From contig CP170459.1 of assembly GCA_047947115.1 (NCBI GenBank), forward strand, positions 3,072,001-3,136,000: DNA of 64,000 bases, written 5' to 3'. Below the pieces are notes generated by a model. That model did no database searches. It saw only the letters and a list, made by a program, of their open reading frames with translations, and had not been told where the DNA came from. This stretch comes from Verrucomicrobiota bacterium (lineage in GTDB: Bacteria > Verrucomicrobiota > Verrucomicrobiia > Limisphaerales > AAA164-E04). Both the position numbers and the translations under genes were made by a program. Positions 1 to 10,390 of this stretch are shown here, piece by piece (position 1 is the stretch's first letter; each line of letters opens with the position of its first letter).

Positions 1-1404
1 CTGGCCGCCCTCCTGAAAGGAGACGGGTTGTTGGCCGGAACCGGAACGAATCCTGGTCCGGAAACCTTCATGCGCTTTCGTCCCCGCGCCAAACGTGTCA
101 TTCAGTTGTTCATGGCAGGCGCAGCGAGTCATGTGGATACATTTGATTATAAGCCTTTGTTGATCAGGAAGGATGGGCAGCCCTGGGATCCGGGTGAATC
201 GGTGGAATTGTTTCAAAGCAAACCAGGCAGCACGTTCGCCGCGCCGTGGAATTGGCGGGCATTTGGCCAAACCGGAAAACGCCTGAGCGACATCGTTGCC
301 CCTCTGGGAAGTTGTGTGGATGACATGGCATTCATTCACAATCTGGTGGGCAAAACCGGAGTGCACAGTCAGGCGACCTATCTGCAGTCTACCGGATTTC
401 AACGCCCCGGATTTCCGGGGATGGGGGCCTGGATCAGTTATGGGCTGGGGAGTTTGAATGAAAATCTGCCGGCTTTTGTGGTTTTGCCTGATCACCGAGG
501 TTACGCCTCCAATGGGCCAAAGAACTGGGATGCTGCATTTTTGCCAACACACCATCAAGGGACCGAAATTTTTCCAAATCGTGAAAATCCCATCAACGAT
601 TTGTTTCCGGCGAAGAACGGTTACATCACCTCAAACAGCGAAAAGGACGGACTCGCCTTATTGCAGGCAGCCAATCGAGAGCATCAAAAGGAACGGGAAG
701 GGGACGAACGATTGGAAGCAAGGATTCGGGCTTACGAGTTGGCGGCGCGCATGCAGCTAAGTGCTCCGGAAGCCATGGACATATCGAAGGAGCCGGAATA
801 TATCCGAAAGATGTACGGGCTGGAACATGGCTTGCAAACCTTCCCCACCGAGATCAACGATGTCGAAGAAACCGACCATTGGGGGCGGAAATGTCTGGTG
901 GCTCGACGGCTGCTGGAGCGGGGGGTGCGTTTTGTGCAGATTTGGTCGGGTAATGACAATGGTTTTCCGCGTCGTAATTGGGATTCACACGAGGATATTC
1001 ACCGTGACCACGGACCTTTGGCTTTGGGAATGGCGCGCGGTACAGCCGCCTTGATCCAGGATTTGAAACAGCGTGGTATGCTGGAGGACACTCTTATTCT
1101 CTGGACCACCGAGTTTGGACGCATGCCATGCGCACAGGGTGGTAAAGGACGGGATCATAATCCGTTCTGTTTCACCAACTGGCTATGTGGTGGAGGTATC
1201 AAAGGTGGCACGACTTTCGGGGAAAGTGACGAGTGGGGTTTCAAGCCTGCTGATCGCAATCATCCCACCACGGTCTATGACATTCATGCCACCATGCTTC
1301 ACCTTCTTGGCATCGATCACGAAAAAATGACTTTCCGACACAACGGTCTGGACCGGCGGTTGACCGATGTGCACGGGGAAGTGATTCGGCCCTTGTTGGG
1401 GTAA
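1..1404 (+). CDS. DUF1501 domain-containing protein (5'-partial)
   Basis: Frame is open from base 1. Motifs AKRVIQLFMAGAASHVDTFDYKP, LVARRLLERGVRFVQ, WDSH, EFGRMP, GRDH and RLTDVHG are typical of PVC DUF1501 proteins. Confidence 0.9.
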   Translation: MAALLKGDGLLAGTGTNPGPETFMRFRPRAKRVIQLFMAGAASHVDTFDYKPLLIRKDGQPWDPGESVELFQSKPGSTFAAPWNWRAFGQTGKRLSDIVAPLGSCVDDMAFIHNLVGKTGVHSQATYLQSTGFQRPGFPGMGAWISYGLGSLNENLPAFVVLPDHRGYASNGPKNWDAAFLPTHHQGTEIFPNRENPINDLFPAKNGYITSNSEKDGLALLQAANREHQKEREGDERLEARIRAYELAARMQLSAPEAMDISKEPEYIRKMYGLEHGLQTFPTEINDVEETDHWGRKCLVARRLLERGVRFVQIWSGNDNGFPRRNWDSHEDIHRDHGPLALGMARGTAALIQDLKQRGMLEDTLILWTTEFGRMPCAQGGKGRDHNPFCFTNWLCGGGIKGGTTFGESDEWGFKPADRNHPTTVYDIHATMLHLLGIDHEKMTFRHNGLDRRLTDVHGEVIRPLLG

Positions 1405-1423
1405 CCTTTCGCCGTTTTATTTG

Positions 1424-1458
1424 TCACGCCCGCTTCGCTGGAGACGCGGTGGCGCAGG
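1424..1458. repeat. Dispersed intergenic repeat family A, copy 1
   Basis: TCACGCCCGCTTCGCTGGAGACGCGGTGGCGCAG closely matches the reverse complement of 59554-59589. Confidence 0.75.
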
Positions 1459-1489
1459 GGCGGGGTATCTTTAGGATGAGCTCAGTCAA

Positions 1490-2272
1490 TCAATGAGTGA
1501 AGTCGCGTCGATCTTTTAACGCGGGGAAGGTTTGCCGCCATTCATCGACTATTTGCATATTGATTTCGCTTTCGATGACACATTCTTCTGCATCTGCTTT
1601 CGCAATGGTGGCCCCATGGGGATCCATGATGGCGCTGGCGCCGTCGTAGCCCAGGTAGGGATCCGACCCGCATCGGTTTAAACCGACGACATAAGCCAGG
1701 TTTTCAATCGCGCGTGCTTCGAGCAGGCGTGACCAGTGCATGGTTCGTTTGTTGGGCCAGTTGGCGATGACGATGAATGCATGGGGAGCTTGTTCCCTCA
1801 GCATGGCTTTGCGGAAAATTTCGGGAAAACGCAGGTCATAGCAGATAAAAGGACAAATCCTCAACCCACCGGGCAGTTCAAAACATTGAATGCTCTCACC
1901 GGCAGCGTAGTGCTCGCCTTCTTTGCCCATGGAGAAAGGATGAATTTTCTGATAACTTCCGGCGATCTCACCATCAGGAGTCAGCAGCATGGCTTCATTG
2001 GTTGGTTTACCGGATGTTTGGGATTGAGTCAGACCTGCCAGTACGTGGCATTTAGTTTCACTCGCCCATTTCCTGAGGAATGCGTTGGTAGGACCATCCG
2101 GCTGCTCCTGGGTCAGGGGGGCATTCATGGAAAAACCGGTTGCAAACATTTCGGGAAGCACCAGAAGGCTGCCCTCAACTGGTGAGGTTTGGTCGGTTAA
2201 TTGCTCAATTTTTCGGAAGTTGGCTTCCTTGTCTTCCCAAAGGATGTCTGTTTGAAATGCGTAGGTTTTCAT
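1490..2272 (-). CDS. Carbon-nitrogen hydrolase, omega-amidase (Nit2/YafV-like)
   Basis: Nitrilase triad motifs LPEMF, YQKIHPF and ICYDLRFPE, plus ARAIEN. Start placed at the ATG at 2272. Confidence 0.88.
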   Translation of the reverse strand: MKTYAFQTDILWEDKEANFRKIEQLTDQTSPVEGSLLVLPEMFATGFSMNAPLTQEQPDGPTNAFLRKWASETKCHVLAGLTQSQTSGKPTNEAMLLTPDGEIAGSYQKIHPFSMGKEGEHYAAGESIQCFELPGGLRICPFICYDLRFPEIFRKAMLREQAPHAFIVIANWPNKRTMHWSRLLEARAIENLAYVVGLNRCGSDPYLGYDGASAIMDPHGATIAKADAEECVIESEINMQIVDEWRQTFPALKDRRDFTH

Positions 2273-2280
2273 TTGATTTA

Positions 2281-3462
2281 TCACATGCCTTCATCTCTGA
2301 GTTTTTTCAAACCCTTCAGCAATCGTTCGACCGCCTCATTGGCCGTCTCCTCTTTTAATGCTCCAAACGCTATGCGCAGATAACATCCATCATTCAGACC
2401 GAATGCTGTTCCGGGAATGATCGCCACTTGGTGTTCCCTGATCAATTTTTCCACGACGTGGAGCGGTTCCGCATCCATGTCCAGTTCGATCAGGATATAG
2501 AACGCTCCTTTTGCCGGAATGATGCGTACGAAAGGTGTCAGGTCTTCCAGTCCGTCCAGCAGATGGCGGCGTACGTGGTTCATGGACGGAAGATGTTGGG
2601 TGCAGTAGGATTTGCCGGCTGCCAGGGCCGAGACCGCCGCAAATTGGGAGATGGCCGGGGCACAGATCAGATTGGTGTCCTGAATCTTTTTAACCGAAGG
2701 CATCAAATCAGCCGGCATGACCATGTAACCAATCCGCCAACTTGCGAATCCAAAGGCCTTTGAAAGCGAGAACAACGAAAAAGTATGACCCTCACTGCCA
2801 GGCAGGCTTCCCGGAGAAAAATGAATGGCATCATCGAAGAGGAAATACTCGTATGCCTCGTCCGAAATATGGTAGATGCCGCGTTCTTTGCAGAGGTGGT
2901 TGATCTCGGTAAGAAGTGATTCCGGGAAAACCATGCCGCTTGGATTGTTTGGGGAAATGGTGACAACGGCGCGTGTTTTTGGCGTAATGGCTGCTTCGAT
3001 GCCTGAAAGAGTGGGCAACATCCGGGTGTCCGGCTCGATGCCCTTCGGGACGGCTCCCAGCATGGTGATGGCCATCTCATGGTTGAAATAATAGGGCTTG
3101 GGCAGAATGATCTCATCTCCGAAATCCGCAATGGCCATAATGGCGTTCATGAAAGCCATATTGCTGCCGGCAGTGATCATGAGTCGATCTGCTGGATTGA
3201 TCCGGATCTTGTTGTCGCTTTGAAGCTTGTCCCTTACAGCGGACAACAATTCCGGTATCCCTTGAACCAATTTGTATTTGTGATGAACTGGATCGGATTG
3301 AAATGTCTTGATGCCTTGCTGAACTTCAGGCGGCGGAGGGTAATGCACCACTCCCTGGCCAAGAGAAATGGTGCCAGGATGTGCTGCCACCCACTCTCCC
3401 ACGATGGGGATGACCGGTGATTGAACTTCTTTGATACGATTGGCAATTGGAAACGACATCAT
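2281..3462 (-). CDS. PLP-dependent class I/II aminotransferase
   Basis: ISLGQG, SPNNPSG, SDEAY and SLSKAFGFASWRIG (PLP lysine). Confidence 0.92.
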   Translation of the reverse strand: MMSFPIANRIKEVQSPVIPIVGEWVAAHPGTISLGQGVVHYPPPPEVQQGIKTFQSDPVHHKYKLVQGIPELLSAVRDKLQSDNKIRINPADRLMITAGSNMAFMNAIMAIADFGDEIILPKPYYFNHEMAITMLGAVPKGIEPDTRMLPTLSGIEAAITPKTRAVVTISPNNPSGMVFPESLLTEINHLCKERGIYHISDEAYEYFLFDDAIHFSPGSLPGSEGHTFSLFSLSKAFGFASWRIGYMVMPADLMPSVKKIQDTNLICAPAISQFAAVSALAAGKSYCTQHLPSMNHVRRHLLDGLEDLTPFVRIIPAKGAFYILIELDMDAEPLHVVEKLIREHQVAIIPGTAFGLNDGCYLRIAFGALKEETANEAVERLLKGLKKLRDEGM

Positions 3463-3708
3463 GTCATGACTCTAGGGAGCATGTCCCCATTTGAATTGAA
3501 TCCATCATCCAGATTTGCCCAAGGGAAGGCAAGGAAGAGTTGGTCGGGACACCCTATCGAGCCCTGCCATCGCAACGGTCTTAAATTGTCCGTTTTGTGA
3601 TTTGCGTCAGATATTTCGAAGCAAGCAGTCATCGCAGGCCCCGCTTTCGTGTGGCAGGAGCCAGCTCCGGGATCCTGTCAAACCCGGCTACCTGCTGATG
3701 GGCCGGAA

Positions 3709-4617
3709 TCAAGCGGTTATCCTGTTCGATCTGGTCAGGAACGCGGCTCTATCCCTGTTTGTCTTGCGTGCCTCATTCAAATGCTTATCGAGGAGATCCA
3801 GAAAATAGGCGACATCCAAAGGCTTTGATAAATAACCAAGCGCTCCCAATGCGATTAATCCCTCGCGTTTTTTAATCATGACATCGGCTGTCAGAATGTA
3901 GACCGGTATGTCTCGGCTAACATCGTTTCGCTTTAGCTGCATGAGGACTTCTTCACCATTGATGTCGGGAAGATTGAGATCCAGAATAATGAGGTCGGGG
4001 TGTTGAGTCTTTGCCATGGTTACCCCTTCTTGCCCCATGGCTGCGGAGATGCAATCGATACTCGGGCGGAGTGCTATGATTTCCCGGAGCAGGAGCAGAT
4101 TGTCCCTGTTGTCTTCCACGTAGAGCACTTTGAATTCCCGTTTTTTTTGGTTCGTTTCTGTGTCCTTTTCCTCGCTATGATACTCCAGTTGCTTCTTTGC
4201 CTGTTCCTTGATATTCTCGGTCGGATTCAATTCCACTGAAAAAACCGAACCCTCTCCCTCTTCAAAGGAGCCCGCACGTTAGTCGTTCACTGTCGACGCG
4301 AAGGAGTAGATGGCGGGAAGAAACACTTCCTCATTCTCTTTCCTGAACATGGCAGGATCGTGTGAGCCTGCCATACGGATGTGCTCAAGCCATTCATCTT
4401 TGAATGTTAAAAAACCATCCTTCAGGTTTTTCAGTATGGCTAATTCTTTCTCTTCTAGACCAACTTCTTCTTCTCGCTCGGTTGAATCCTCGATATAATT
4501 GTAAGATTTAATTGCAAAAATCCCGGTCGCAGCCGGCAAAAGGCACATGCTGAGAAAAGTGGCGAATAATTTACGGCGAATGGTCATATTACCGTATGAT
4601 TTGCTGAATTCTTCCAT
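3709..4617 (-). pseudogene. Collapsed hybrid sensor histidine kinase: TM/periplasmic N-terminus, TAA, HATPase tail and intact receiver domain
   Basis: ORFs 4279-4617 and 3709-4236 share one frame across the TAA at 4279-4281. The 14 codons between them read RAGSFEEGEGSVFS then VEL, like the end of an HATPase_c domain. The receiver has VLYVEDN, DLIILDLNLPDING and KPLD. Confidence 0.7.
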
Positions 4618-4719
4618 GAGAACTTCATCGCATTTAACCTTAGCGAGCGATTTGCAGTATAGGCTTTACAGGCGCTTGGAGAATTTATTTCAAATTCATG
4701 ACAATGTTCGATTGATTGC

Positions 4720-6354
4720 CTATGAATTCCTTCTTCTGCGTAGAGTGTCGAGGATCAGGCAGATGGAGAATAGGCAGCATACCATGCCAAAATAGTGGCC
4801 TCCTTGGCGGTAAACCGTTCTAGGCATCGTCCAGCCCAACGGGATTCGAAATGTTTTAAATCCCTTGCCGTAGATTTCCGTCTCGTCGCTTATGGATTCA
4901 ACCCCTTGCAGATGCCCTGCCGGATCAATCCAACAGGTCAAACCGTTGTTCCCACACCGGATCATCGGGAGACCGTTTTCAATGCAGCGAAAGGCTGCCA
5001 GTGAGCCGTGCTGCAACTGGGCTGCGCTGTTCTTGAACCAACCATCATTGGTGAGGTTGATTAATAGGTCTGTCTTTTTTTCGCCGGATGCCCGGGCCAG
5101 ATAAGGCATGACATCTTCGAAGCAGATAAGTGGGTAAAGTCTGGTTTCCGGTTTATTTAACTCGAACCACCGGGGAGCCGATCCGGGAGTGAAAAGGCTT
5201 TGGATGGGTGTCAGCATTTTCAGGAACGGGAACAGATCCGCCAAGGGGACATATTCCCCAAAAATCACCAGGTGCCGTTTGTGGTACGTTCCCTGAACTT
5301 TTCCAGCAGGATCCATGAGAAATGCCGTGTTGTAGAAAACCGGATGGTCTGTTTGGAGTGTTTTCTCTTCGGCGTCGGTTCCATTGAAGCACAACCAGAC
5401 TTCATATTTTGCCAACAAATCCCATACCGGGGCAAAGGAATCTATGTTGCCGGGGAATGCACCTTCGGGCCAGACGAGCAGATCAGGATCCGTTTGAACC
5501 GCTGCTTCGGACAATCTCAGCAGTTCCTCAAATCTGGTTTGATCTTCAGCATCATCCCAAATCAAGTCTTGCGGAAACGCCGGCTGAATCACAGCCACTT
5601 TCAATGTGTTTGCGGGTTTGGATGCCTCGATGCTGCCTACTCTCAACAAGCCAACATACGCCAGCAACAGGACTGCAATGACGGGAAGTATCATGTCGGG
5701 GATCCATTTCCATGGTTGGGGACGTTTCCAGTCAATCCGACTCAAGCCCACAACAGCCGCTATGGAAACCCATGCGATGAGGGTTGAAATAAACGGGATG
5801 CCTCCATAAGCCGCCCCTTGCGCAATGGGCGTCCATGGAAGTTGGGTGGCTCCCAGCAAGAGCCATGGGAATCCTGTCAGGAAATGGGATACAAAACATT
5901 CCAGACCACCCCATAGGACGGCTCCTCCCAAGGCAAACCGAAGCCCTCCCAGCAGCGTCAACTGTCGAATGCCAAAGATAGGATAGGGGGATTGCTCTGG
6001 TGGGGATGGTTCACCCAGGCGTTTGGCATATTTCCACATGATCCACGTCCATGCGGCGGGAAACAGGCCAAGATAAGCCGTCAAAGACAACCAGGCGGCC
6101 ACGGCGCCCGGGGGGTAGGGCATGTTCAACAGCCAGTAGAGGGTGGCTGCAGCATGTATCCAGGAGGTAAGGTAGCTCCATCCAAACGCGGCCTTTGACC
6201 GCGTGGTCAGGCCAAGAGCCAACAAGCCTCCGGGAGCCAGCCAGGCGAACCCGCTCATGCCCCACTTCGGATACGCCAACGCCCAAAGAATTCCCAGAGC
6301 GAAAGCGGCAACAAGGCGCAGCAAACAAGTCTTTCCGTTGGCGTTCGGCAACAT
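4720..6354 (-). CDS. lnt: Apolipoprotein N-acyltransferase
   Basis: Multi-TM N-terminus, TGFPW, VWPE, KRHLVIFGEYVP, ICFED, TNDGWF and QH..LA.FRCIENG. Confidence 0.95.
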   Translation of the reverse strand: MLPNANGKTCLLRLVAAFALGILWALAYPKWGMSGFAWLAPGGLLALGLTTRSKAAFGWSYLTSWIHAAATLYWLLNMPYPPGAVAAWLSLTAYLGLFPAAWTWIMWKYAKRLGEPSPPEQSPYPIFGIRQLTLLGGLRFALGGAVLWGGLECFVSHFLTGFPWLLLGATQLPWTPIAQGAAYGGIPFISTLIAWVSIAAVVGLSRIDWKRPQPWKWIPDMILPVIAVLLLAYVGLLRVGSIEASKPANTLKVAVIQPAFPQDLIWDDAEDQTRFEELLRLSEAAVQTDPDLLVWPEGAFPGNIDSFAPVWDLLAKYEVWLCFNGTDAEEKTLQTDHPVFYNTAFLMDPAGKVQGTYHKRHLVIFGEYVPLADLFPFLKMLTPIQSLFTPGSAPRWFELNKPETRLYPLICFEDVMPYLARASGEKKTDLLINLTNDGWFKNSAAQLQHGSLAAFRCIENGLPMIRCGNNGLTCWIDPAGHLQGVESISDETEIYGKGFKTFRIPLGWTMPRTVYRQGGHYFGMVCCLFSICLILDTLRRRRNS

Positions 6355-6383
6355 GGTGAGGGGTTCCCGAATCGAGTGTTGGA

Positions 6384-7736
6384 TCAGGCTTTTTCCTGAC
6401 GATAGGCTTCTGCGAGCAAGGAAATCGGGTGACGGATTTCCATGCGCAGTCCGCGCTCACGCGCTCCATTCAGGATCTGGAGCAGGCAGCCGGGATTGCC
6501 TGTTGCCAGAATGGATGCTCCGGTTGTTTCCACGTGATCGAGCTTTCTTTGAAGGAGCAGGTCGGCCGTTTCTGGTTGGACGATGTTGTAAATGCCTGCG
6601 CTGCCGCAGCACCAGTTGCTTTCCGGCAGTTCGCATAATTCGACACCCGGAATGGACTGCAGGATTTGACGTGGTTGCGCGGTGATTTTTTGTCCGTGCG
6701 CCAGGTGGCAGGCTTCATGGTAGGTCACCTTGGCTTGGGTCTCGGGAGTGATTTCCGGAACGTCCCAACCGATTACTCCCAGCCATTCGTGGATATCCTT
6801 TACCTTTTGATCCCATTCCCTTGCCTTGGCCGCATAGGCAGGGTCATCCTTTAGAAGTCCCGTATAATGTTTCAAATGGGAACCACAACCTGCGGCATTG
6901 GTGATGATGGCGTCATACTGGTCAGGCGGCAACAGGTCGATCATTTGTCTCGCCATGCCTTGAGCAAGTGTCCACTCACCATTGTGAGCGTGCAGGGAGC
7001 CGCAGCAATTCTGTTCGGGAGGAGTGATGACTTCACAGCCGTTTCTGGCCAACACTTCGGCAGTGTCGAGATTGACATCGCTGAAGATCAAGTCCTGTGC
7101 ACATCCTGTCAAAAGGGCCACTCGATACTTTTTCTCCTTTTTGGGTGGAGTCACCCTGTCCAGCAGTTCGTTGGAAAAACGAGCCTGGATGGTGGGGGTC
7201 ATTTTTTCGAGTTCCCGCAGACGCTTCGGCATGAGTCGCATGATGCCGCTGCCACGTATCAAGGATTGTAATCCGGACTGCTGATACAGGCGGATCAATG
7301 TGCCGAGGAATTGCAGGTTCCGTTGATCACTGAACAGCCAACCGATGGCGAACTGACGGATCAACGTCCGTTTGGGGGATTTGAGAACTTGTTTGGATTC
7401 GACTTCAGCTCGGGCGTGTTCGAAAAGTTCCGCATAATTCACCCCGGCCGGGCAGGCGGTCATGCAGGCCAGGCAGCCGAGGCAATAATACATCTCGTCG
7501 GCAAAACTCTTGGAAACCTCCAACTCGTCGTCCGCGATGGCGCGCATGAGTGAGATGCGGCCGCGTGGGCTGTGCTTTTCCAGTTTGGTCAACTCATAGG
7601 TCGGGCAAGTGGGCAGGCAGAGGCCGCAATGCATGCACTGCTGAACAACCGAGTAATCCAGATCCTTCAGATGTGATCCGGTGCTGGGGAGCGATTGGGC
7701 CGATGGCGATGGCGTGCAGCTGCTTAAATTCGACAT
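6384..7736 (-). CDS. glcF: Glycolate oxidase iron-sulfur subunit (Fe-S/CCG-domain protein)
   Basis: Two CxxCxxCxxxCP ferredoxin motifs, two CCG motifs and YHEACHLAHGQ; lies downstream of glcD. Confidence 0.88.
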   Translation of the reverse strand: MSNLSSCTPSPSAQSLPSTGSHLKDLDYSVVQQCMHCGLCLPTCPTYELTKLEKHSPRGRISLMRAIADDELEVSKSFADEMYYCLGCLACMTACPAGVNYAELFEHARAEVESKQVLKSPKRTLIRQFAIGWLFSDQRNLQFLGTLIRLYQQSGLQSLIRGSGIMRLMPKRLRELEKMTPTIQARFSNELLDRVTPPKKEKKYRVALLTGCAQDLIFSDVNLDTAEVLARNGCEVITPPEQNCCGSLHAHNGEWTLAQGMARQMIDLLPPDQYDAIITNAAGCGSHLKHYTGLLKDDPAYAAKAREWDQKVKDIHEWLGVIGWDVPEITPETQAKVTYHEACHLAHGQKITAQPRQILQSIPGVELCELPESNWCCGSAGIYNIVQPETADLLLQRKLDHVETTGASILATGNPGCLLQILNGARERGLRMEIRHPISLLAEAYRQEKA

Positions 7737-7772
7737 GTTAAATTCAATGGGAAAGGTTTCTTGGTGGGGGCT

Positions 7773-8240
7773 TCACTCATCGAGGGAATTGTTCTCTTCA
7801 TCCCGTTGCAGGAAACCGACGACTTTGAAAAAGAAAAAGAAGGAGATCGACATGAAAAAGACCGCGATGGCCACGCCAATGCCTACTTCCTTGAGTTTCT
7901 GGGGTGAGATGCCTTTCAACGCAAAACCCATGCAACAAAGAACAGCCACCATCATGGTAGCTCCGAAAAAAATGAGTGCTTTTTTGCGACGATTTGGATC
8001 TTGTTGATCCAGGTTCTCATTGAAGATCACCCTGTGAATCCACCAGGTCGCCACAAATCCCGTTACGAAGCAGACAAGAGTCAGGAGTCCGAAATGGAAC
8101 TCCAGAGTGGGGTTGATCTGTTTGAGTGAGGCTGCAAACGCTGTCGAGAGACCGACCGAGAATGAGGAGGCCAGGCCTGCCAGTTTCTCGAAAGAACCCG
8201 TATCGGGTGTTGCTTCCTTGGAAGTGGATAATGCACTCAT
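7773..8240 (-). CDS. Hypothetical membrane protein (about 4 TM)
   Basis: Hydrophobic segments; fills the gap between glcD and glcF on the same strand. Confidence 0.7.
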   Translation of the reverse strand: MSALSTSKEATPDTGSFEKLAGLASSFSVGLSTAFAASLKQINPTLEFHFGLLTLVCFVTGFVATWWIHRVIFNENLDQQDPNRRKKALIFFGATMMVAVLCCMGFALKGISPQKLKEVGIGVAIAVFFMSISFFFFFKVVGFLQRDEENNSLDE

Positions 8241-8244
8241 TGTT

Positions 8245-9636
8245 TTAACTTGGATCAAATATTTTTCCCGGATTCAGGATGCCCTTCGGATCGAGCGCTT
8301 TTCTGACCTCCCGTAAAACCCGCATCTGGGCCTGCCCTGCAAAGTCCGGAAGAAACCGTTTCTTGGCCACACCAATGCCGTGTTCTCCCGTAATGGTGCC
8401 TCCTACTCGAATGGCTTCTTTGAAGATTTCTTCAAACGCCTCCTCGATGCGGTGCATTTCTTCCTTGTTGCGTTCGTCTGTGAGAAAGGTCGGGTGAAGG
8501 TTGCCGTCTCCCATATGACCGAACGTGCCGACCCGAAGTTTGTACTTTTCTGCGGTGGAAGCCACATATCGGATCATGTGACCCAGTTCGCTGCGTGGTA
8601 CGGTGGCGTCTTCGAGGATGGTTGTGGGTGAGAGACGTGCCAGGGCTGAAAAAGCCGTGCGCCGTGCACTGGCTAGTTTGGTGGCCTCGGCGTCATCTTT
8701 TGCCACACGGATTTCTTTGCATCCGTTTTCCCGACAAATCGCCTCCATTTTCTCGGCTTCCTCGGTTACTACGGATGGGTGGCCGTCGGTTTCAATCAGC
8801 AACAAGGCATCGCAGTCCAGCGGAAGTCCGATCTTGGCAAAGTCCTCCACGCAGTGAATGGTGGTGCGGTCGAGGAATTCCAGGGTGCAGGGAATGATTT
8901 GTGCCGCGATGATGGCTGAGACCGCTTCGGCCGCTCGGTCCATCTGCTCAAAAGTGGCCACCATGGTTTTTTTGGCCTGGGGTTTCGGGATCAGGCGCAA
9001 TAACACTTTGGTGATAACCCCCAAGGTGCCTTCCGAACCGATGAATATATCTTTCAGGGAATACCCGGCCACGTCCTTGACGCATTTGTTACCCATCCAG
9101 CAGATTTCTCCGTCCGGCAAGACGACTTCCATGCCCATCACATAGTTGCGGGTGACTCCGTATTTGAGCCCGCGCAGTCCGCCGGAGTTTTCGGCAACAT
9201 TTCCGCCGATGGTGGAAATTTTCATGGAACCAGGGTCAGGCGGGTAAAAGAGCCCGGCCTTGTCGACGGCTTCGGAAACGGTCAAGGTGGTGACGCCGAC
9301 TTCTGTCAATAAAGTCAGGTTGGCCGCGTCCAGTTCAAGGATTTGATTCATCTTTACGGTGCACAGGACAATGCACTGGTCCGATGGCAGGCTGCCTCCG
9401 CTCAGGCCGGTTCCCGAACCGCGGGTGACCACCGGGATGTTTTCCTGGTTGGCCAGTTTCAGCACGCGGGACACCTGTTCGGTTGTCCGGGTTAATACCA
9501 CGCAGCCCGGGTATTGTTTCAGGGCGGCGGTGCCGTCGAAAGAGTAGGGGATCAGGTCCTCTTTGCGATCCAATACCTCTTTCTCACCCACGATTTCGCG
9601 TAACCGGGTAATGATTGATTTGTCTAGCTGCATCAT
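8245..9636 (-). CDS. glcD: FAD-linked oxidase, glycolate oxidase subunit GlcD-like
   Basis: RGSGTGLSGG, YPPDPGS, STIGGNVAENSGG, GSEGTLG, HMGDGNLH, GEHGIG and LNPGKIF. Confidence 0.9.
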   Translation of the reverse strand: MMQLDKSIITRLREIVGEKEVLDRKEDLIPYSFDGTAALKQYPGCVVLTRTTEQVSRVLKLANQENIPVVTRGSGTGLSGGSLPSDQCIVLCTVKMNQILELDAANLTLLTEVGVTTLTVSEAVDKAGLFYPPDPGSMKISTIGGNVAENSGGLRGLKYGVTRNYVMGMEVVLPDGEICWMGNKCVKDVAGYSLKDIFIGSEGTLGVITKVLLRLIPKPQAKKTMVATFEQMDRAAEAVSAIIAAQIIPCTLEFLDRTTIHCVEDFAKIGLPLDCDALLLIETDGHPSVVTEEAEKMEAICRENGCKEIRVAKDDAEATKLASARRTAFSALARLSPTTILEDATVPRSELGHMIRYVASTAEKYKLRVGTFGHMGDGNLHPTFLTDERNKEEMHRIEEAFEEIFKEAIRVGGTITGEHGIGVAKKRFLPDFAGQAQMRVLREVRKALDPKGILNPGKIFDPS

Positions 9637-9723
9637 GCGTCGGCATTGAGATTGGATAAACACGTCTTTCTGGTCAATGAACTTTCTTGAAAGGGGCCGG
9701 ATTGCATGCTGGAATATTCCGAC

Positions 9724-10329
9724 ATGACGGATCAACCCAATCAATCATCGTTAAACGTATTGCTCGTTGTTGGCAACCGAAGCGCCGAGTCCACCACCCG
9801 AGCGGTGATTCAACACCTGGGGCGCCTGTTGAAAGAACATGGCTGCACCGTGGATGTGTTTGATTATGCTCAGGAGGATCTTCCATTGTTTGATGTTCAA
9901 ACCGCTTTTTCTGGAGATGTTTATGCTTCCTTGAAAGCGCGTGTTCAAAAAGCCGATGCGATTGTGCTCGGCACGCCTGACTACCACGGGAGTATGAGCA
10001 GTGCCTTGAAAAACTTCCTGGATCATTTCTGGAAGGAGTTCGCCGGCAAGTTGTTTGGTGCCATCGTCGGTTCGTATGAAAAAGGTCTGACTGTCCATGA
10101 TCAAGTCCGTACCGTCATGCGACAATGCTATGCCTGGTCCTTGCCTTATGGGGTGAGTTTTCAGGAGAAAACGGATCTGGAGGATGGAAAAGTAGTATCC
10201 GACGGATTGAAAGCCCGTTTGGAATCCATGGCGCGTGATCTGCAAGTTTATGGATCCCTGCTGGCTGCACAACGCAATGACGACCTGGCGGGGCAGGAGC
10301 CCGGGTTCCTTGCACATTACCGTTCTTGA
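9724..10329 (+). CDS. NADPH-dependent FMN reductase
   Basis: Flavodoxin-like fold motif ADAIVLGTPDYHGSMSSALKNFLD. Confidence 0.88.
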   Translation: MTDQPNQSSLNVLLVVGNRSAESTTRAVIQHLGRLLKEHGCTVDVFDYAQEDLPLFDVQTAFSGDVYASLKARVQKADAIVLGTPDYHGSMSSALKNFLDHFWKEFAGKLFGAIVGSYEKGLTVHDQVRTVMRQCYAWSLPYGVSFQEKTDLEDGKVVSDGLKARLESMARDLQVYGSLLAAQRNDDLAGQEPGFLAHYRS

Positions 10330-10390
10330 GAAAGGGGATATTCTTCAGACTTTATTCAGCTAACAAAGATTTATTCAGGACAATCAACCT

